Below, one piece after another: positions 37,569 to 48,489 of a stretch of DNA of 64,000 nucleotides (its first letter is position 1; every line of letters begins with the position of its first letter). Source of the DNA: an uncultured Clostridia bacterium (GTDB lineage: Bacteria; Acidobacteriota; Aminicenantia; JAMOAD01); contig CAZWJH010000001.1 of the NCBI GenBank assembly GCA_964634755.1, positions 12,317 to 76,316 on the forward strand. Direction: 5' to 3'. Under the pieces are notes generated by a model. The model ran no database searches. It saw only the letters and a list, made by a program, of their open reading frames with translations, and had not been told where the DNA came from. Made by a program: the position numbers and the translations under genes.

Positions 37569-39596
37569 TTATCTTAATTTTATCTTAAATTTATTCTCAA
37601 GTCCAAGCTTTATTTGAGATAATAAATTTTCAGCATCTTCAGAAACAAGTGTTTTATCCGAATTTCTAAAAACAAATCTCATTGTCACAGATCTTTTTCC
37701 CTCTTCAACTCCTCTACCTTTATAAATATCCACAGGATAAAAATCCTCCAAAAAGCCTAAATTTAAACTATTAATATAATTCTCTATTTCCGCGTATGTC
37801 ACCTCATTGGGAATTAACAGAGAAAGATCAAACCAAATAGCAGGAAATTTTGAAATCTCAGAGTATCCTCTTTTTTCAAAATTTTCCATAAAAACATAGG
37901 GATAAAGTTCAGCATAGAAAATCCTTTTTTCTATATCATAAAATTTTTTCAGACTCTCATTAATTTCTCCGATAGTGCCCACTTTCTTGTCTTTAAAAAA
38001 GATATCAAAACTTATCCCACTTATAAAACTTCTTCTCTCAGAAGGTTTAAAAGATGCCTTTTCTCTCCAGTTCTCAAAAATATCCTCAATCACCCCTTTC
38101 AACTCAAAAAAGTCATATCTATCTTTGTTTTTTAAATTCCATCTAACTTCACCTTCACCTGCTATTAAAATTCCTATATTCTCCTCCTCTTTATAATCAT
38201 TACCATCGAGAAAATAAATTTTTCCCCATTCGTAAATTTTAACACCTCTTTGCTCTCTGTTAAGATTGTAAGCTGTATTTTTTAAAAGGGAAGGTAATAG
38301 AGATGTTCTTAAATATTCAAAATTCAGGGAGAGGGGATTTTTAAGCTTTAAAGCTTTCCTCTCATAAACAGAAAAATCTGATTCCTCCTTTGAAAGAAAG
38401 CTATAATTAACAACCTCATTAAATCCATAAGAAGTTAAAATACTTTCAACCTCTTTTTTCTTTTTTATACCGGAATCATTAAAAACACCTGTTTCAAGAA
38501 GGGGAAGGCGTTCTTTAATCTTATTATAGCCAAAAAGAATTGCAATCTCCTCTATAACATCTATCTCCCTTTCAATATCTCTCCTTATGGAAGGAATTTC
38601 AACCATAATTTCATTATCATTTTCAGATATAATTTTCATACCAATATTATTTATTATTTTTCTTATCTCACTCTCTTTAAGCTCTGTACCAAGGACATTA
38701 TTTACCCGTTCAAATCGAACCTTAATTCTTTTTTTCTCTACATTTTTAACTTTCTCATCTTTAATACCGGAGACAATTTTTGCTCCCATGGAATAAAAAA
38801 GAGAAGCTGCATATTGGGCTGCTAATATTATGGCCTCTATATCCGCACCTCTTTCAAATCTATAACTGGAGTCCGTAGATACTTTTAGTCTTCTTGAAGT
38901 ATATCTCACATATTTAGGGATAAAATAAGCACTCTCAATAAAAACATTGCGGGTTTTTTCATTAATACCGGTATCCTCTCCGCCTATAACACCAGCAATG
39001 GCGACAACTCTTTCCGTATCCGCTATCACTATATCATCTTCAGAAAGTTCCCTTTCAACCTCATCAAGACATAAAATTTTCTCTCCCTTTTTCCCTTTTC
39101 TGACAATTATTTTTTTATTTTTTAACAAATCAAGATCAAAAGTATGAATAGGATGACCTGTAACCATCATTACATAATTTGAAATATCAACAGCATTGTT
39201 AATGGGTCTCAATCCTAAAAGCTCAAGTCTCCTTTTAAGCCAATTGGGAGATTCTCTTATTTCCACATCCTTAACAACTATTCCACTATATCTTAAGCAT
39301 CTTTCATCCTCTATTTTAATATTAACATAATCATCTATATTCTCATCAACTGTTTTATACTCAATTTTAATCTCCGGCGTTTTAATCCCATAATAAGCGG
39401 CTAACTGATAGGCAACACCCAAATGTCCTAAGAGATCCGGCCTGTTTGGGGTAACTTCAATATCAAAGATAACATCATCTTCATACCCTTCTATATTTTC
39501 CACAGGCATCATCAAATTATTAAAAACATCCTCAAGCTCTTTAATGTTTTCTTTAAGATCAATCAATTCTTTCAAAATACTTAAGCTTACCTTCAT
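37569..39596 (-). CDS. pheT: phenylalanine--tRNA ligase beta subunit
   Basis: 675 aa with B3/4 and B5 domains, adjacent to pheS with overlapping stop/start. Confidence 0.88.
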   Translation of the reverse strand: MKVSLSILKELIDLKENIKELEDVFNNLMMPVENIEGYEDDVIFDIEVTPNRPDLLGHLGVAYQLAAYYGIKTPEIKIEYKTVDENIDDYVNIKIEDERCLRYSGIVVKDVEIRESPNWLKRRLELLGLRPINNAVDISNYVMMVTGHPIHTFDLDLLKNKKIIVRKGKKGEKILCLDEVERELSEDDIVIADTERVVAIAGVIGGEDTGINEKTRNVFIESAYFIPKYVRYTSRRLKVSTDSSYRFERGADIEAIILAAQYAASLFYSMGAKIVSGIKDEKVKNVEKKRIKVRFERVNNVLGTELKESEIRKIINNIGMKIISENDNEIMVEIPSIRRDIEREIDVIEEIAILFGYNKIKERLPLLETGVFNDSGIKKKKEVESILTSYGFNEVVNYSFLSKEESDFSVYERKALKLKNPLSLNFEYLRTSLLPSLLKNTAYNLNREQRGVKIYEWGKIYFLDGNDYKEEENIGILIAGEGEVRWNLKNKDRYDFFELKGVIEDIFENWREKASFKPSERRSFISGISFDIFFKDKKVGTIGEINESLKKFYDIEKRIFYAELYPYVFMENFEKRGYSEISKFPAIWFDLSLLIPNEVTYAEIENYINSLNLGFLEDFYPVDIYKGRGVEEGKRSVTMRFVFRNSDKTLVSEDAENLLSQIKLGLENKFKIKLR

Positions 39597-40615
39597 TAAA
39601 ATTGCCTCAAAAATCTAAGATCATTATCATAAAAGTATCTTAAGCTCTTTACTCTGTATTTAACCATAGCAATTCTGTCTATTCCCAGCCCGAATGCAAA
39701 ACCAGTGTATTTTTCTGAATCAATTTCGACCTCAGAGAATACAGCAGGATCAACCATTCCACATCCTAAAATTTCAAGCCACTCTCCTTTTAGAAGAACA
39801 TCCACCTCCGCACTTGGCTCAGTAAAAGGGAAAAAGGAAGGTCTGAATCTTACCTTTATATCCTCCCCAAAAAGAGCCTTTAAAAAGGTGATTAAAGTTC
39901 CTTTCAAATCCGCAAAAGAGATTCCCTCTCCGACAACCAAACCCTCCAATTGATGAAAAACGGGAGAGTGGGTATCATCGGGTTCATCTTTTCTAAAAAC
40001 CTTTCCCGGAACTATTATCTTTAGCGGCGGTTTTTCCTTAAGCATTGTTCTTATTTGAACCGGTGAAGTATGGGTTCTTAGAAGATATCTATCCTTTTCC
40101 TTTTCATAATCAAGATAAAAGGTATCATGCTCATCCCTTGCAGGATGCTCTTCCGGAATATTCAAAGCAGTGAAATTAAAGTAATCAGTCTCAACTTCAG
40201 GCCCGGTTTCAATATGATACCCCATCTTCAGAAAGATATCTATAACATCATCCATCACCTGCCGAAGAAGATGCTTTTTCCCTCTTTCTATTCTAAAACC
40301 GGGATAGGTATAATCTTCACTATCTGCTTTTACCTTTTTATACTTTATCTCTTTCTCTTTTTCTGAAAGAGATTTCTCTATAAAGGTTTTTAAAGAGTTT
40401 ATAGATTGACCTAACCTACCTCTCTCCTTCGGCTCCGCCTTTCCTAACTCTTTGAAAAGGTCTTTTATTTTTCCCCTTTTCCTTCCGATGAACTCCCCTT
40501 TTAAATTCAAAAGGGATGGCTCATCCTTTATCTCCTTTAATTTATCTATAAACTCTTTTTTAAGCTTTTCAATAACATCATCAAGCATTTGCCGAAGCTT
40601 TAACCTTTTCAACAA
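39596..40615 (-). CDS. pheS: phenylalanine--tRNA ligase alpha subunit
   Basis: Class II motifs ([16 protein letters not shown]; GCGMVDP). Confidence 0.9.
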   Translation of the reverse strand: MLKRLKLRQMLDDVIEKLKKEFIDKLKEIKDEPSLLNLKGEFIGRKRGKIKDLFKELGKAEPKERGRLGQSINSLKTFIEKSLSEKEKEIKYKKVKADSEDYTYPGFRIERGKKHLLRQVMDDVIDIFLKMGYHIETGPEVETDYFNFTALNIPEEHPARDEHDTFYLDYEKEKDRYLLRTHTSPVQIRTMLKEKPPLKIIVPGKVFRKDEPDDTHSPVFHQLEGLVVGEGISFADLKGTLITFLKALFGEDIKVRFRPSFFPFTEPSAEVDVLLKGEWLEILGCGMVDPAVFSEVEIDSEKYTGFAFGLGIDRIAMVKYRVKSLRYFYDNDLRFLRQF

Positions 40616-40937
40616 TGCTCTTGAAAGCCTCAGGATCCCTCACTGCAAGCTCTGACAGCACCTTCCTATTTAAGTTTATATTTGCTTTGTTTAACCCATC
40701 CATAAACCTTGAATAAGAAAGACCGTAATTTCTTACAGCAGCATTTATCCTTATTATCCAGAGCTTTCTAAAATCTCTCTTTCTCTGCTTTCTTCCGGCA
40801 TAAGAATAAACGAGAGATTTTTCCACCTGCTCTTTGGCAGTTCTGTAAAGATTCTTTTTAGCTCCGAAATAACCTTTTGCAAGCTTTAATATTTTTTTTC
40901 TTCTTCTTGCCTTCTTTGGTCCTCTTTTAACTCTCAT
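40581..40937 (-). CDS. rplT: 50S ribosomal protein L20
   Basis: [23 protein letters not shown] is canonical L20. Confidence 0.9.
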   Translation of the reverse strand: MRVKRGPKKARRRKKILKLAKGYFGAKKNLYRTAKEQVEKSLVYSYAGRKQRKRDFRKLWIIRINAAVRNYGLSYSRFMDGLNKANINLNRKVLSELAVRDPEAFKSIVEKVKASANA

Positions 40938-40968
40938 TCTAATTCCTCCTGTTCATAACTTGACTTGA

Positions 40969-41169
40969 TTAGAAACTGTAGGGAAGCATAGCTTTAATAG
41001 TCTTAACTTCACCTTTGAAAACAAGGTCACCTTTTCTCAGGTTTCTTTTTCTCTTTCTCGTCTTCTTTGTCAATATGTGGCTTTTATAAGCCTTGCTCCT
41101 TCTCACTTTTCCCGAACCGGTAACCTTAAATCTTTTATTGGCACCTCTATGAGTTTTCAATTTAGGCAT
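40969..41169 (-). CDS. rpmI: 50S ribosomal protein L35
   Basis: [22 protein letters not shown] is canonical L35. Confidence 0.88.
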   Translation of the reverse strand: MPKLKTHRGANKRFKVTGSGKVRRSKAYKSHILTKKTRKRKRNLRKGDLVFKGEVKTIKAMLPYSF

Positions 41170-41181
41170 TTTTTCACCTCC

Positions 41182-41697
41182 TCACTGTTTTTTTGGCATT
41201 AAACTGACAAAAACCGTCGCCCTTTCGGCCTTAGGATTCTTGTCAGGTTCCGCAATCTCTGCTGTATCCTCTACAACTCTGTTTATTATTCTATGGGCAA
41301 GTTCAGGTTTTGCTCTCTCTCTTCCTCTTAAAAACACAATAACTTTCACCTTATTTCCTTCCTCTAAAAACTTTTTAATATGCTTAAGTTTAACCTGATA
41401 ATCATGATCTCCAATTTTCGGCCTGAACTTAACAACCTTAACCTGAATTTGCTTTTGCTTTTTTTTAGCTTCATGCTCCTTTTTTCTTAATTCATATAAA
41501 TATTTACCGAAATCCAAAACCCTACAAACAGGAGGTTTGGAATTCGGGGCAACTTCAACCAAATCTAAACTCGCCTCTTCAGCAATTTTAAGGGCTTCCT
41601 TTAAGGGAACAACCCCCACTTTTTTACCATTCTGATCAATTAAAAGCACCTCCTGTGCTCTTATCTCTTCATTGATTCTAACCTGCTTCGGATTAAT
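41182..41697 (-). CDS. infC: translation initiation factor IF-3, with a non-canonical ATT start
   Basis: The track ORF starts at GTG 41649. The conserved IF3 N-terminus INPKQVRINEEIRAQEVLLIDQNG lies upstream in frame, beginning at ATT 41697. It is preceded by a TGA and a GGAGGTGA RBS. ATT overlaps the thrS stop (ATTAA). Confidence 0.75.
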   Translation of the reverse strand: MNPKQVRINEEIRAQEVLLIDQNGKKVGVVPLKEALKIAEEASLDLVEVAPNSKPPVCRVLDFGKYLYELRKKEHEAKKKQKQIQVKVVKFRPKIGDHDYQVKLKHIKKFLEEGNKVKVIVFLRGRERAKPELAHRIINRVVEDTAEIAEPDKNPKAERATVFVSLMPKKQ

Positions 41698-43627
41698 TAA
41701 TCACCTCCTTCTCTATATTATAATCCAATGATTTTAAATTCGTTTTCCTCTGTATTATATCACGAAGTTTGTCAATTGACATCTCCCCGTGATCTCCAAT
41801 CCCCTGAATTCTTAAGGAAATTGTATTATTCTTCTCCTCCCTTTCTCCCACAATAAGCAAATAAGGGATTTTTTCCATTTCAGCTGCTCTTATTTTATAT
41901 CCCAACTTTTCATTCCTATCATCAACTCTAACTCTTATCCCGGTTTCTTTTAATTTGTTTCCAACCTTGTTTGCATAATCAAGATATTTTTCGGAAACCG
42001 GAATCACAATTGCCTGAACAGGGGAAAGCCAGAGAGGAAATTTACCCGCATAATGCTCTATTAAAACACCAAAAAATCTTTCAAATGAACCCATCAAAGC
42101 TCTGTGAATCATTATGGGTTGTTTTTTCTCTCCATTTTGATCAACATAGCTTATATTAAATCTTTCGGGCAAATTAAAATCCACCTGAATTGTAGAGCAC
42201 TGCCATGATCTTCCTAAAACATCCTTTATTTTTATATCAATTTTAGGGCCATAAAAAACACCCTCTCCCGGATCTATCTCATATGAAATACCCTTTTTTT
42301 CGAGAGCATATTTAAGAGCATTTTCAGCTCTTTCCCAGTTTTCAAGAGAGCCAACATATTTATCAGGTCTTGTGGAAAGATAAACATCATAGTTTTCAAA
42401 ACCAAAGGTTTTAAGAATTTTAAAATTCAAATCCAGTATATTAACAATCTCTTCCTGCAATTGTTCCGGCAAAGCAAAGATATGAGCATCATCCTGAGTA
42501 AAACCTCTAACCCTCAAAAGACCATGTAGCACACCGGATCTTTCATATCTATAAACAGTTCCAAGCTCAGCCCAGCGAATGGGAAACTCCCTGTAACTTC
42601 TCATTCTTGATTTGTAAATTGCTATGTGAAAGGGGCAATTCATAGGTTTAAGCTGATACTTCATATTATCAAATTCCATTGAAGGGAACATATTCTCTTT
42701 GTAAAAAGAGAGGTGTCCGCTTGTCTCCCATAGATCTATTTTAGCCACATGGGGGGTATTCAAAAGCTCATACCCTGCCTTATAATGCTCTTCCACCCAA
42801 TAATCCTCTATTTTTCTCCTTATAAAGGCACCTTTGGGCATCCATAAAACAAGCCCCGGTCCAATTTGCTCGGAGATCATAAAAAGCTCAAGCTCTTTCC
42901 CAAGCTTTCTATGATCTCTCTTTTTTGCCTCTTCTAAGAAATTCAAATGTTCCTCAAGCTCTTCCTCTTCAAAAAAAGCCGTCCCATAGATTCTCTGCAT
43001 CTGTAAATTACCCTCTTCCCCCTTCCAATAAGCCGCCGATGAATAAAGTATTTTAAAGTTTTTAATATAACCGGTATAAGGAAGATGGGGACCTCTGCAA
43101 AAATCTATAAAATCCCCCTGCTTGTAAAGAGAAGCTATGGGACCGCTCTTTTCTTCTATAAGTTCAACTTTAAGCTCCTGCCCCCTCTTCTTAAAAAGCT
43201 TTATAGCCTCTTCCTTTGGCATTTCTATCCTTTCTATTGGAAAATTTTTCTTTCTCAATTTTTTCATCCTCTTTTCAATTTCAACAAGATCCTCGGGAGT
43301 AAAAGGTTCTTTTTTGTAAAAATCATAGTAAAAACCATTCTCTATTGCAGGACCAACTCCGACCTGAACATCGGGAAATAGCTTGGTAACAGCCTGTGCC
43401 ATAAGATGAGCAGTGCTATGTCTTAAAATTTCAAGAGCTCTTTTATCCTTTTTATCCACAAGTGTGAGCTCTACTTCCTTTTCAATATTAAACCTCAAAT
43501 CTTTAAGCTCTCCACCAATCTCAACCGCAACATAGTCCTTCGGCTCATACCCATTATCTTTTAAAAATTTTAAAAAAGAGCCCCCTTTTTCTACTGAATA
43601 CTCTTTTCCATTAACTTTTATCTTCAC
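41693..43627 (-). CDS. thrS: threonine--tRNA ligase
   Basis: 644 aa with TGS/N-terminal domains, class II motifs (FRVRGFTQDDAHIF) and an anticodon-binding C-terminus. Confidence 0.9.
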   Translation of the reverse strand: MKIKVNGKEYSVEKGGSFLKFLKDNGYEPKDYVAVEIGGELKDLRFNIEKEVELTLVDKKDKRALEILRHSTAHLMAQAVTKLFPDVQVGVGPAIENGFYYDFYKKEPFTPEDLVEIEKRMKKLRKKNFPIERIEMPKEEAIKLFKKRGQELKVELIEEKSGPIASLYKQGDFIDFCRGPHLPYTGYIKNFKILYSSAAYWKGEEGNLQMQRIYGTAFFEEEELEEHLNFLEEAKKRDHRKLGKELELFMISEQIGPGLVLWMPKGAFIRRKIEDYWVEEHYKAGYELLNTPHVAKIDLWETSGHLSFYKENMFPSMEFDNMKYQLKPMNCPFHIAIYKSRMRSYREFPIRWAELGTVYRYERSGVLHGLLRVRGFTQDDAHIFALPEQLQEEIVNILDLNFKILKTFGFENYDVYLSTRPDKYVGSLENWERAENALKYALEKKGISYEIDPGEGVFYGPKIDIKIKDVLGRSWQCSTIQVDFNLPERFNISYVDQNGEKKQPIMIHRALMGSFERFFGVLIEHYAGKFPLWLSPVQAIVIPVSEKYLDYANKVGNKLKETGIRVRVDDRNEKLGYKIRAAEMEKIPYLLIVGEREEKNNTISLRIQGIGDHGEMSIDKLRDIIQRKTNLKSLDYNIEKEVIN

Positions 43628-43672
43628 TTTTTCTTCTCTACTTTTCTATTTTTCTTTATAATAAAAAAAAAT

Positions 43673-43746
43673 TAGGCACGGGCGGACTTGAACCGCCGAC
43701 CTCTACCGTGTCAAGGTAGCGCTCTATCCAACTGAGCTACGCGCCT
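43673..43746 (-). tRNA. tRNA-Val (anticodon GAC), no encoded CCA
   Basis: Reverse complement folds as acceptor AGGCGCG/CGTGCCT, D-arm GCTCAGTTGGATAGAGC, anticodon loop TTGACAC, T-arm GGCGGTTCAAGTCCGCC. Confidence 0.8.
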
Positions 43747-43771
43747 AAAAATTAAATTTAGTTTAAATAAA

Positions 43772-44050
43772 TTATTTATTAACAGCTTCTTTTAAAGCCT
43801 TGCCGGGAACAAACTTAGGTGATTTTTTCGCCTTAATTGTAATCTCTTTCCCGGTTTTGGGATTTCTTCCCTTCCTTGCTTTTCTTTCAACTACCTTAAA
43901 TGTCCCAAACCCTACGAGTATTACCTTATCTCCTTTTTTGAGAGCATCTTTAACTGCATCAATAAAAGCATTTACTGCTTTTGCAGCCTGAGTTTTGGTA
44001 AGTCCTGCATCCTTAGTAATTTTAGCAACCAAATCTGTCTTGTTCATCAT
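43772..44050 (-). CDS. hup: DNA-binding protein HU
   Basis: [11 protein letters not shown]...GFGTFKV...RNPKTGKEI is the canonical HU/IHF fold. Confidence 0.88.
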   Translation of the reverse strand: MMNKTDLVAKITKDAGLTKTQAAKAVNAFIDAVKDALKKGDKVILVGFGTFKVVERKARKGRNPKTGKEITIKAKKSPKFVPGKALKEAVNK

Positions 44051-44114
44051 TACCTCCTTAAAATTAATAGACTAATAATAAATAAAAAATCCTTATTTGT
44101 CAACCGTTTCCAGC

Positions 44115-44933
44115 CTATTTTTTTATTTTTTCTTTTATTTTATTGACTCTTGGGTCATCGGGATATCTTTTCACAAATTCTTTCAGCAATTCTTTCTCTC
44201 TTTTTTTATCTCCGTCTCTTCCTGCATAATAGCTCGCATCAAGATAGGCATCCCTTGCTTCCTTTGAATCCGGATATTTTTTAGCTATTTCAAGCATACA
44301 ATCGGCAGCTCTGTTAAATTTTTTCCATTTGTAATAAGCATAAGCTTTTCTCATAATTGCCTTTATAACTTCATCTTTCTTTTTCCCCTTTTCCGCCTTA
44401 TTTTCCATAATATTAAGAATATCAATCGCCCTTTTAAAATCAGCCTTTGCTATGTATTTTGTTGAAATATTGAAAATCAAATCAAGATCATCGGGGTTTT
44501 TCTCATATTTTTTCAACATATAATTCAGGGTACCTATCCCTTTTTTAAAGTCTTCTATGGTTCTGATTAGCTGTGCAATATCCATATAGCCTAAAATCCT
44601 GTCAATTTCCTTTCCGTTTTTATCAAATACAATCATAGTAGGATAACCGTAAACCCTAAAAGTGCTCTCCGCCTCTCTATCCTTTTCCGGATTCACTGAA
44701 ATGAGAATATATCCCTCCTTTTCAAAATAGGAAAGCATCTTAGAATCCTTTAATGTTGTGCTCAAAAGATGTCTGCAATGGGGACACCAATCTGTGTGAA
44801 ACACAAAGAATGCCCCTTTGTGAGATTCTTTTGCTTCCTTTAATGCCTGCTTCCAATCGGTTCTAAACTGTAAAGAAAAAACAAAACTACCACTTAAGAT
44901 TAAAAAGAAAATAACAAGCAGTCTCTTTTTCAT
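44115..44933 (-). CDS. secreted thioredoxin-fold (WCPHC) protein with a C-terminal TPR domain
   Basis: Signal peptide, CPHC redox motif, TlpA/DsbE-like N-domain, TPR-like helical repeats. Confidence 0.6.
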   Translation of the reverse strand: MKKRLLVIFFLILSGSFVFSLQFRTDWKQALKEAKESHKGAFFVFHTDWCPHCRHLLSTTLKDSKMLSYFEKEGYILISVNPEKDREAESTFRVYGYPTMIVFDKNGKEIDRILGYMDIAQLIRTIEDFKKGIGTLNYMLKKYEKNPDDLDLIFNISTKYIAKADFKRAIDILNIMENKAEKGKKKDEVIKAIMRKAYAYYKWKKFNRAADCMLEIAKKYPDSKEARDAYLDASYYAGRDGDKKREKELLKEFVKRYPDDPRVNKIKEKIKK

Positions 44934-45015
44934 ATAAAGCTCCTTATTAGAGATTTAAAGTCAAAAAATATACAATATAAGGAGCTTATAAGTCAATTTT
45001 TTTGAAAAAATGAAT

Positions 45016-45600
45016 TTATTTATTTAATAATTCTTTCGCAACCTCGGTTGATTTTTCAAGGACCTCCTCGTGAATACTGTTTCCGTGGGAATCCATTGTA
45101 ACAACCAGAGGAAAATCCTCCACCTCAATTACCCAGAAAGCCTCGGGAGTTCCGAACTCTTCAAGTTTAAGAACATCAACAACTCTCTTAACAGTATTTG
45201 CTATTAAAGTTCCTGCTCCTCCAACAGCATGAAAATAGACAGCTCCGCATCTTTTAAATCCATCAAGGGTCTTTTTGCCCATTCCACCTTTTCCAATAAC
45301 ACCTCTTACATTGTATTCACAGATAACATCAGCCTGATAAGGCTCTTCCCTGATTGATGTTGTAGGACCTGCCGAAACAAAGCTCCAGCTTCCGTCTTCA
45401 TTTTTTCTAACAACAGGACCGCAGTGATATATAACGGATTCTTTCAAATAATCTCTGAGAAAATCAGGTTTTTCCTCCACCATCAATTTGTGAGCCTGAT
45501 CCCTTGCAGTTACAATTATACCTGAGAGTAAAACCTCATCCCCAACCTTTAATTTTCTTATATCTTCCTCTGAAATAGGTGTCTTTAATTTAATCGTCAT
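45016..45600 (-). CDS. class I fumarate hydratase / tartrate dehydratase beta subunit
   Basis: 194 aa, Fe-S hydro-lyase beta (swivelling beta/beta/alpha) family. Paired with the alpha subunit with overlapping stop/start. Confidence 0.78.
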   Translation of the reverse strand: MTIKLKTPISEEDIRKLKVGDEVLLSGIIVTARDQAHKLMVEEKPDFLRDYLKESVIYHCGPVVRKNEDGSWSFVSAGPTTSIREEPYQADVICEYNVRGVIGKGGMGKKTLDGFKRCGAVYFHAVGGAGTLIANTVKRVVDVLKLEEFGTPEAFWVIEVEDFPLVVTMDSHGNSIHEEVLEKSTEVAKELLNK

Positions 45601-46459
45601 AACTCACCTCACCATTTTTAATTGTCAGGGCTTTTCTTCTGAAAGCCCAGCAATTATAAGAAATTGCAACAAAAAATGTGGCAGGATGCCTGTGCTGATA
45701 ATCTATAAAAACATCCAAAACAGTCGTCTTTCCTCCGAACCCCATGGGCCCTATGCAAAGTTTGTTCAAATCAGCATAGAGAGCTTTTTCAAGCTCGGCT
45801 ATCTCTTTTTCAGGATGTCTTTCCCCGATTTTTCTGAAAAACTGCTCCTTTGAAAGAATATAAGAGGTAACTCTGTCTCCACCTATTCCAACTCCTAAGG
45901 TTCCGGGAGAGCATCCTTTACCCTGTGCCTTTAAAACAGCATCAATTATCACTTTTCTTATACCTTTGAGATCCCTTCCGGCTCCAAGTGAAGAATCGGG
46001 AAGTTTGTATTGGGTACCGACATTTTCACTTCCGCCACCTTTTAGCAAAAGCCTTACTCTTACCTCATCCTTATCCCATTGGTGAAAGTGAATGTAAGGA
46101 TGATTAATCCCAACATTTGTTCCTGAGTTTTTACCTGTAATTGGATTTACAGCATTTGGTCTCAGATACTGCTTTTTCGTAGCTTCAACAGCTGCTTCTT
46201 CAATAGCTTTTCTGTACTTTTCTTCGGTGTCTCCAACAGGAAAATCAATGTAGAAAATCAAAGAACCTGTGTCCTGACAGATAGGTGTGCTCTGCTTCCT
46301 TGCAAGTTCAACATTTTTAAGAATTGTTTTAAAAACAGCTCTTGCAGGCGTGCCTTCACCTTCCCGATCATGGGCCTCCTTCAAAGCCTTTTCAACATCA
46401 GGAGGAAGGTCTGTAGCCGCTCTTCGCAAAAGCTCAAGAATAGCATTTTTTAATTCCAT
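45590..46459 (-). CDS. class I fumarate hydratase / tartrate dehydratase alpha subunit (4Fe-4S hydro-lyase)
   Basis: 289 aa, conserved Cys (CQDTG; CIGPMGFGG) of the Fe-S hydro-lyase alpha family. Confidence 0.78.
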   Translation of the reverse strand: MELKNAILELLRRAATDLPPDVEKALKEAHDREGEGTPARAVFKTILKNVELARKQSTPICQDTGSLIFYIDFPVGDTEEKYRKAIEEAAVEATKKQYLRPNAVNPITGKNSGTNVGINHPYIHFHQWDKDEVRVRLLLKGGGSENVGTQYKLPDSSLGAGRDLKGIRKVIIDAVLKAQGKGCSPGTLGVGIGGDRVTSYILSKEQFFRKIGERHPEKEIAELEKALYADLNKLCIGPMGFGGKTTVLDVFIDYQHRHPATFFVAISYNCWAFRRKALTIKNGEVSYDD

Positions 46460-46615
46460 AATTCCCTCTCCTTTTATTATTATAGTTTATAATCATCCAT
46501 TGCTTTAAATTATACTCCTAAAATGGAAAATATACAATAAATTTTTATCGCCATTAGAAAAAACACAAAATATGAAATATAATAGATAAATAGACAAATA
46601 ATAAAAAAGGAGAAG

Positions 46616-47767
46616 ATGATGAGAGAAAAATTATCAAAAGAAGAGCTCTTAAACCTTATAAAAAAGGTTTTTCCAAATTATGATACCTCTGATAAACTTG
46701 CTTTTTTAATTGATATCCCAAGAAAAAACAGTGATGATAATGATAAGTGGAAAGAGAGAAGGGAAATAGCAGCTGAGTGGGTGAAAACTTTGTCCGATAA
46801 CCTGAAAGAACTTAAGTTGAAAGCTGTTGATTTAATAGGTTATCGTGCAGTTTCCGCAAACAATGCTGACCTTCCTTCCGAAGGGTTTTTGCTTTCTTTG
46901 GAAAATTTGCCGGAAAATTCTGATGAGCTTTCAGGATATAAAAAGCTTTTCTTTGAAAAAATATTTGAAGATTACAAAATTTTTATTGCAATGACACAGT
47001 ATTCAGCCACAGCCCCACTAAAAAACAATGCTAAAAAGTATCTTTTCAGAGCGGCAACAATGCCCGGATTTTCATCTGAAATGATCCCGGCTCTTAGAAT
47101 AGATTATGAAAAGGTTGCTCGAAAAGTTAGATTTGTAAAAGAAAAATTGGACAGGGCCAATTTTGCGGAAGTTCTTTTTATAATTAAAGGAAAAGAGGAG
47201 ATAAGAGCAAATTTTGATCTTAGATTCAGAAAAGTTCATGAAAGCTCAGGCAGATTCCCTGAGAAAGGAACAGCCGGAAATCTTCCGAGCGGGGAGGCAT
47301 ACATTGTCCCTTATGAAGGAGAGTTTGATGAGAAAAGTCAAACCGAGGGAGTAATTCCCGTTCAAATAGAAGGGGATATTGTTTATTACAGGGTTTCAGA
47401 AAACAGAGCTTTTGAAGTTTTCGGAGAGGGTAAAAATGTTGAAATTGAAAGAGAGCATCTTAAAAGAGAGCCAGCCTACGGAAATATTGCGGAATTGGGT
47501 TTCGGAGTTTTATATGATTTCGGGCTTAAACCAATAGGAGAGATTCTTCTTGATGAAAAATTGGGATTTCACATTGCCTTTGGAAGAAGTGATCATTTCG
47601 GTGGGCAGGTTGGTCCCGAGGATTTTTCATCTCCTGAAGAGGTCATTCATCTTGATAGAATTTACATAAAAGAGCTTCAACCTGATGTACTCGTAAAAAA
47701 ATTAACTCTAAAATATGAAAACTCAGAAGAAGTTCTTATAAAAGACAATAAAATAATAACAGAATAA
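46616..47767 (+). CDS. hypothetical protein, possibly an M29 (aminopeptidase T-like) metallopeptidase
   Basis: 383 aa. The C-terminal GFHIAFGRSDHFGG resembles the HIAxG motif of M29 aminopeptidases. Weak recall-based call. Confidence 0.3.
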   Translation: MMREKLSKEELLNLIKKVFPNYDTSDKLAFLIDIPRKNSDDNDKWKERREIAAEWVKTLSDNLKELKLKAVDLIGYRAVSANNADLPSEGFLLSLENLPENSDELSGYKKLFFEKIFEDYKIFIAMTQYSATAPLKNNAKKYLFRAATMPGFSSEMIPALRIDYEKVARKVRFVKEKLDRANFAEVLFIIKGKEEIRANFDLRFRKVHESSGRFPEKGTAGNLPSGEAYIVPYEGEFDEKSQTEGVIPVQIEGDIVYYRVSENRAFEVFGEGKNVEIEREHLKREPAYGNIAELGFGVLYDFGLKPIGEILLDEKLGFHIAFGRSDHFGGQVGPEDFSSPEEVIHLDRIYIKELQPDVLVKKLTLKYENSEEVLIKDNKIITE

Positions 47768-47773
47768 AAGACA

Positions 47774-48379
47774 ATGGGAGAAAACAAACTTCCCGAAGAG
47801 TTTAAAAGGGTTCTTAAAGATAGTGATAGAAAAGATGGTTATATCGTTGATGCGGAAAAGCTTAAAAAAGTGATTTCAGAAAAAGGCGAGTATGAATATC
47901 TTGGAATGATTTTATCTTTTGCTTTTAATTCCGGAGAAAAGATAGAAAAACTCAGTGAAAATAATAAAAAACAAACAATTGATTTGATGTTCTGGCTATT
48001 AAATAATATGATTCTTGATTATTCAAATACAAATGAAATATTTTCAACTCTCAAACTCTTTGTGAAATTAGGATTAGCCCTTGAGCAAATAGAAAACAAT
48101 CTCATAATGCTCTCATTTGATTCATTAAAAATTAAGAACGAAATTTCAGAAAGTGATATTCGTGAAAAGATAGATGAGCTAAGCGATATAGTTAAATTAA
48201 AGAAAAACTACGGATGTCTCTGCAATCAGCCATTTCTTTACGGGGATCCGGAAGAGGAAATAAAAAGAGGACTTTTAAAAATTGTTGATAAAAAGATCAC
48301 GGAAAACAAAAAAGAATACACTGCCATAAAAGAGACAATCCTAAATGCTCCCTCTGTGGAACAAAGCTTAAACATATAA
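47774..48379 (+). CDS. hypothetical protein (201 aa)
   Basis: K/E/N-rich, no recognisable motif. Same strand and close spacing to the previous gene. Confidence 0.3.
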   Translation: MGENKLPEEFKRVLKDSDRKDGYIVDAEKLKKVISEKGEYEYLGMILSFAFNSGEKIEKLSENNKKQTIDLMFWLLNNMILDYSNTNEIFSTLKLFVKLGLALEQIENNLIMLSFDSLKIKNEISESDIREKIDELSDIVKLKKNYGCLCNQPFLYGDPEEEIKRGLLKIVDKKITENKKEYTAIKETILNAPSVEQSLNI

Positions 48380-48489
48380 GAATAATAGAAGATAGAATAA
48401 TTACGAGATGGGAGAAGATAAATTAATATGGAATTACACATGTTGAATGAAATTTTAAAAAGATATAATATTCTATTTTCAGGAGGAAT

